Source of the DNA: an uncultured Pelagibacteraceae bacterium
GTDB taxonomy: Bacteria; Pseudomonadota; Alphaproteobacteria; Pelagibacterales; AG-422-B15
Direction: 5' to 3'
Assembly (NCBI GenBank): GCA_902564295.1
Contig: CACFAO010000001.1
Coordinates: 105,002-169,001, forward strand
DNA length: 64,000 bases
Part shown: one piece after another, positions 59,907-64,000 of the stretch
How the letters are laid out: every line of letters starts with the position of its first letter
Numbering within the stretch: the first letter of the stretch is position 1
Position numbers and translations under genes: made by a program
The notes under the pieces: model-generated
Seen by the model: only the letters and a program-made list of their open reading frames with translations
What the model was told of the DNA's origin: nothing
Database searches by the model: none

Positions 59907-60196
59907 ACTCACTCATAATTCTCTTTGATCAAATTATAAATCTTTACACCTGGGTTTTGATCATCAATGTGATATTCAGTTGGCTAATAGCAATGAGTAT
60001 ATTTAATACTCAGAATCGAATTATTATCGCTATATATTTTGGAACAAAACGATTAACTGATCCACTTCTTAATCCAATAAGAAATTTTCTTCCAAACCTG
60101 GGAGGGATTGATATATCGCCAGTAGTCTTAATCCTGATACTTTACTTTGTAAGAAACTTACTTTACGAATATTTCTACTTAGGAATTCCTATTTAA
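59903..60196 (+). CDS. yggT: YggT-family membrane protein
   Basis: 97 aa, 2 TM, with the pattern [14 protein letters not shown]...GIDISP typical of YggT. Confidence 0.75.
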   Translation: MNSLIILFDQIINLYTWVLIINVIFSWLIAMSIFNTQNRIIIAIYFGTKRLTDPLLNPIRNFLPNLGGIDISPVVLILILYFVRNLLYEYFYLGIPI

Positions 60197-60198
60197 AT

Positions 60199-61083
60199 AT
60201 GTCAGATGCAAAAATTATCGATGGAAAAGTAATTGCGGCTGATCTTAGAGCTGAAACAGCTGTCAAAGTTGAAGATTTTAAAAATAAATTTAATAAAACT
60301 CCGACCCTTGCTGTTGTACTTGTAGGTGAAGATCCAGCAAGCCAAGTTTATGTTAATACAAAGTCTAAAATGGCTAAAGAGATAGGAATGGATGTCGAGG
60401 ATCATTTTCTAGATACTACTGTGTCTGAAGAAAAGCTTTTGGAATTAATTGATGAGCTTAATAATGATCAAAAAGTCAATGGAATTCTTGTCCAATTGCC
60501 ACTTCCATCACATATTGATTCAAGAGTTATTATTGACGCAATTGATCCAGTAAAAGACGCTGATGGTTTTCATGCTATAAATGTTGGCAGAAATTCAATA
60601 GGAGGTGACTTGTTGAGTAAAACCTTTACTCCATGCACACCACTTGGATGTTATTTAATGCTTAAGAAAAGTATTCCTGATTTAAAAGGGATGCATGCTG
60701 TAATTATTGGACGATCTAACATTGTAGGCAAACCGATGGCCCAGCTTCTGCTTGAAGAGTCGTGCACTGTTACAATAGTACATTCTAAAACCAGAAATAT
60801 TGAAGAAATTACTAAACAGGCTGATATTGTTGTTGCTGCAGTTGGAAGGCCTTTAATGGTTAAAAAAGATTGGATTAAAGAAGGAGCTGTCGTGATTGAT
60901 GTTGGTATTAATCGAGTAGACCATCCAGATAAATCAGGCAAAACAAAGCTTGTTGGAGATGTTGATTACGATGATGTATTCAGTCTTGTGTCAGCAATTA
61001 CACCCGTCCCTGGTGGTGTAGGTCCGATGACCATTGCGTGTTTATTAAAAAATACTGTAGACGCTGCTTTTAGACAGCAGTAA
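60199..61083 (+). CDS. folD: bifunctional methylenetetrahydrofolate dehydrogenase / methenyl-THF cyclohydrolase
   Basis: 294 aa with [34 protein letters not shown] and [10 protein letters not shown]. Confidence 0.95.
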   Translation: MSDAKIIDGKVIAADLRAETAVKVEDFKNKFNKTPTLAVVLVGEDPASQVYVNTKSKMAKEIGMDVEDHFLDTTVSEEKLLELIDELNNDQKVNGILVQLPLPSHIDSRVIIDAIDPVKDADGFHAINVGRNSIGGDLLSKTFTPCTPLGCYLMLKKSIPDLKGMHAVIIGRSNIVGKPMAQLLLEESCTVTIVHSKTRNIEEITKQADIVVAAVGRPLMVKKDWIKEGAVVIDVGINRVDHPDKSGKTKLVGDVDYDDVFSLVSAITPVPGGVGPMTIACLLKNTVDAAFRQQ

Positions 61084-61084
61084 C

Positions 61085-62293
61085 TTATTTTTTTTCTCTT
61101 AATCTCAGAGCATTTAATTTTATAAAGCCTTCAGCATCTTTTTGAGAATATACTTGATCTGATTCAAATGTTGCTAGATTTGGATTGTATAGGCTTAAAG
61201 ACGATTCCCTTCCTGTAATCATTGTATTGCCTTTAAAGAGTTTAAGTCTTACTTTACCCTCCACTTTTTCTTGTGATTTATCAATCATTGATTGCATCAT
61301 CTCTCTTTCAGGTGAGAACCAATAACCGTTATAGACAAGCTCGGCATATTTAGGTGCTAATTCATCTTTCATATGTGCAGCCTCTTTATCAAGTGTAATA
61401 CTCTCTATTGCTCTATGTGCGTGATAGAGAATGGTTCCACCAGGAGTTTCGTAAATTCCTCTAGATTTCATTCCAATGTATCTATTCTCAACAAGATCAA
61501 CTCGTCCAATACCATGTTTTCCACCTAGTTCATTAAGAGATTTTAATATTTCAAACGGCGTTAATGCCTTTCCGTTAAGCGCACAGGCGTCGCCTTTCTT
61601 GAATTCAATTATAATTTCTTCTGATTTATCAGGTGCCTCTTCAGGTGAAACACTTCTGGTATAAACATAATCAGGCGCTTCAACCCATGGATCTTCAAGA
61701 ACTTTTCCTTCTGCAGAGGAGTGTAAAATATTTTCATCAATGCTAAATGGTTGTTCCCCTCTTTTATCTTTTGCAATTTCAATCCCGTGCTTATCAGCAT
61801 ATTCAACAAGTGACGTTCTTGATGATAAATCCCATTCTCTCCAAGGACTGATTATTTTTATATCAGGTTTGTGATAATAGTAGCCTAGTTCAAATCTAAT
61901 TTGATCATTTCCTTTTCCAGTTGCACCATGGGATACCGCATCTGCATTAATCTTATTTGCAATTTCTATTTGTTTTTTTGCAATTAACGGTCGAGCAATC
62001 GATGTCCCAAGTAAATAATAGCCTTCATAAAGAGGATTAGCTCTAAACATTGGAAAAACATAATCACTTACAAACTCATCTTTTAAATCCTCAATAAATA
62101 TTTCTGTAGTTCCTTGCTTTTCAGCTTTTGCTTTAACTTGTTCATAGTCCTCGTCTTGACCTAAGTTTGCAGTGAATGTTGCTACTTCACATTTATAAGT
62201 TTCTTTTAGCCACCTTAAAATGACTGATGTGTCTAAACCGCCTGAGTATGCAAGAACAACTTTATTTATTTTATCCATTTGCCCTGAGTTCAC
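61085..62293 (-). CDS. argG: argininosuccinate synthase
   Basis: 402 aa with AYSGGLDTS and [15 protein letters not shown]. Confidence 0.96.
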   Translation of the reverse strand: MNSGQMDKINKVVLAYSGGLDTSVILRWLKETYKCEVATFTANLGQDEDYEQVKAKAEKQGTTEIFIEDLKDEFVSDYVFPMFRANPLYEGYYLLGTSIARPLIAKKQIEIANKINADAVSHGATGKGNDQIRFELGYYYHKPDIKIISPWREWDLSSRTSLVEYADKHGIEIAKDKRGEQPFSIDENILHSSAEGKVLEDPWVEAPDYVYTRSVSPEEAPDKSEEIIIEFKKGDACALNGKALTPFEILKSLNELGGKHGIGRVDLVENRYIGMKSRGIYETPGGTILYHAHRAIESITLDKEAAHMKDELAPKYAELVYNGYWFSPEREMMQSMIDKSQEKVEGKVRLKLFKGNTMITGRESSLSLYNPNLATFESDQVYSQKDAEGFIKLNALRLREKK

Positions 62294-63368
62294 TTTTTCT
62301 AATTTTTATACTAGAGGATTTTAGTTGACCACACGCAGCCATAATATCTTGCCCCCTGGTTTTTCTAACTGGGCTTGCATAACCTGCATTTTTAATTATG
62401 TCACTAAATTTCTTGATATCTTCTTTACTAGAACATTCGTAAGGTGAATTAGGCCAAGGATTGAAAGGAATAAGGTTAATTTTTGCAGGTATTCCAGAAA
62501 TCAGTTTTACAAGTTTACGGGCATCTTGCGCTGTATCATTTACTCCTTTCAACATGACATATTCAAAAGTTATTCGTTTAGAATTTTTTGATCGAGGGTA
62601 TTCTCTACACGCCTTTATCAGTTCTTTAAGAGGAAATTTCTTATTTATAGGAACAATGTCATTTCTTAAGTTATCGTTTGTCGCGTGCAAAGAAATTGCC
62701 AATCTTGAGTCAACTTCATTACCCCATTTAATAATTTCAGGAACGATACCTGAAGTACTTAGGGTAATTCTCTTAGTAGACAATTGTATACCCTCTTTGT
62801 CTCCCATAATTTTTGCAGCATTTTTAACATTTTCAAAATTATAGAGAGGCTCTCCCATACCCATAAATACAATATTTGAAATTTTACGATCTTTTCCATT
62901 CGGCCAATCTGAAAGATTATCCTTTGCCAAAAGAAGCTGTGAAATAATTTCACTAGATGTTAAATTTCGAACCAGTTTTTGAGTTCCGGTAAAGCAAAAC
63001 TTACAGTTAAGTGTGCAGCCAACTTGTGATGAAACACATAATGTTCCTCGATTTTCTTCAGGAATAAAAACTGTTTCAACAAGGTTGCCATCATTTAATT
63101 CCAAGAGCCATTTTTGTGTGCCATCTTTTGATATTTGATGTGTTTTAACTTTTGGTCTTTGAATAATAAAATAATCTTTTAGTCTTTTTCTAAGATCTTT
63201 TGAAACTGTTGTCATTTTGTCAAAATCAGTTTCACCTCTAAAATAAAGCCAATGCCAAAGTTGTTTAGATCTAAATTTTTCCTTAGCTTTTATTAAATCT
63301 TTATTAATTAAAGTTTCAGATATTTCTTTAAGACTTAATCCAATTAAGTCAATTTTGTCTTCTATCAT
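62271..63368 (-). CDS. rlmN: 23S rRNA/tRNA (adenine-C2)-methyltransferase, radical SAM
   Basis: 365 aa with the radical-SAM motif ([16 protein letters not shown]), GMGEPL and the C-terminal catalytic Cys (AACGQL). Confidence 0.95.
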   Translation of the reverse strand: MIEDKIDLIGLSLKEISETLINKDLIKAKEKFRSKQLWHWLYFRGETDFDKMTTVSKDLRKRLKDYFIIQRPKVKTHQISKDGTQKWLLELNDGNLVETVFIPEENRGTLCVSSQVGCTLNCKFCFTGTQKLVRNLTSSEIISQLLLAKDNLSDWPNGKDRKISNIVFMGMGEPLYNFENVKNAAKIMGDKEGIQLSTKRITLSTSGIVPEIIKWGNEVDSRLAISLHATNDNLRNDIVPINKKFPLKELIKACREYPRSKNSKRITFEYVMLKGVNDTAQDARKLVKLISGIPAKINLIPFNPWPNSPYECSSKEDIKKFSDIIKNAGYASPVRKTRGQDIMAACGQLKSSSIKIRKSELRANG

Positions 63369-63374
63369 TGTATT

Positions 63375-63893
63375 TTAAGAGCAGGCTTTGTCGATTGCTG
63401 CTAATGCTTTTGTGAAACCGATTAAAGAATATGTATCTGTAATTTTTGTTCCGCGACTTGAGATACTTTTAACTTTTACACGTGCCCCATTTTTCATATC
63501 TTTAATAAGTTGTTTGCCGTTCTCTCCATCTGCTAACCAAGCCCTTGATTCAACTGTAAAAAATTTATACTTACTACTACCAATACTCACCTCAACCATA
63601 CTTTTTGGTTTAAATGTGAAACCTGTATCCACACTCGGCTCATGAAAAGTCTTATCATCTTTGAAATTCGTGATCATCAGAGCATGCTCACCACGATTAA
63701 GATCGGAGGGGTTCGTCGCTATTGGCTCTGATATGATATAACAAATCTTTGCTGTACCGTCTTTAAACTCTTTGGCCTGCCATGCACCACTTTTGCCAAA
63801 TGAGCCCAGATGTACGACATCGATTACTGCAAAAGCACTTATTGAACTCAACAGTAAAATTGATAGAATAAGTTTGAAATTTATTAATTTCAT
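63375..63893 (-). CDS. invasion-associated locus B (IalB)-family periplasmic protein
   Basis: 172 aa with a signal peptide and conserved W/C spacing (GAWQAK...KICYI...DKACS). It is adjacent to rlmN, as is common in Alphaproteobacteria. Confidence 0.55.
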   Translation of the reverse strand: MKLINFKLILSILLLSSISAFAVIDVVHLGSFGKSGAWQAKEFKDGTAKICYIISEPIATNPSDLNRGEHALMITNFKDDKTFHEPSVDTGFTFKPKSMVEVSIGSSKYKFFTVESRAWLADGENGKQLIKDMKNGARVKVKSISSRGTKITDTYSLIGFTKALAAIDKACS

Positions 63894-63923
63894 AATCGCT
63901 AATTTATATCGAGATTCACAATT

Positions 63924-64000
63924 ATGAAAGCAATTGTTTGTAAAGAATTTGGCCCTCCAAGCTCACTTGTTTACGAGGATGTTGAATTACCTGAACTTAA
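63924..64000 (+). CDS. NAD(P)H:quinone oxidoreductase-like MDR protein, 5' fragment (continues beyond the window)
   Basis: My translation, MKAIVCKEFGPPSSLVYEDVELPEL, is a typical N-terminus of zeta-crystallin/Qor-type MDR enzymes. Only 25 codons are visible. Confidence 0.55.
   Translation, partial: MKAIVCKEFGPPSSLVYEDVELPEL

Noticed and set aside
1-64000. A search for CRISPR arrays, rRNA operons, insertion sequences, toxin-antitoxin pairs, restriction-modification systems and known defence systems.
   Set aside because: I noticed no regularly spaced direct repeats. No ORF has transposase, integrase, Cas, nuclease-helicase or methylase-restriction motifs. Every ORF over 100 aa can be assigned to a housekeeping, envelope or metabolic family, except the 164-aa membrane protein at 41448-41942.

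Overview
This 64-kb window is AT-rich (about one-third G+C by eye, not computed) and very gene-dense. I find about 75 protein genes and one tRNA, and no rRNA, CRISPR array, transposase, integrase or phage genes. The gene order is hisB-bcp-hisH-hisA-hisF-DUF1330-hisE, then hslVU, a Tim44-like gene, fxsA and secB. It continues with dnaQ-coaE-aroE-maf diverging from hemE-hemH-hemJ, then rho, mnmE-mnmG-rsmG-parA-parB, and holA-lptE-leuS on the opposite strand. This is the classic origin-proximal arrangement of Alphaproteobacteria. Together with tiny spacers and many 1-4-nt start/stop overlaps, it suggests a streamlined marine alphaproteobacterium (SAR11/Pelagibacterales-like; that taxonomic call is inference). 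The right half carries more housekeeping genes (ftsK-lolA, purH, rpe, acs, gpsA, tsaD, hemCD, folD, argG, rlmN) plus a few accessory-looking loci. I see no clear-cut novel defence or mobile system. The items most worth follow-up are:
- a likely oriC in the maf/hemE spacer, and a perfect parS inside rsmG;
- a TPR-sulfotransferase translationally coupled inside the otherwise universal leuS-lptE-holA array;
- a tRNA-Gly-flanked cassette of FkbM methyltransferase, UMF1-type MFS transporter, small membrane protein and a second FkbM methyltransferase;
- a DUF1302/DUF1329/BNR-propeller envelope trio with an oversized DUF1302 protein and no adjacent RND partner, run directly into an SDR gene;
- an alpha/beta-hydrolase gene split by one in-frame TGA;
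- an unlisted 51-aa DUF1674 (SDHAF4-like) ORF;
- a highly codon-biased porin gene with a perfect 16-bp palindrome upstream.
All protein calls come from motif and family recognition by eye, not from database searches.
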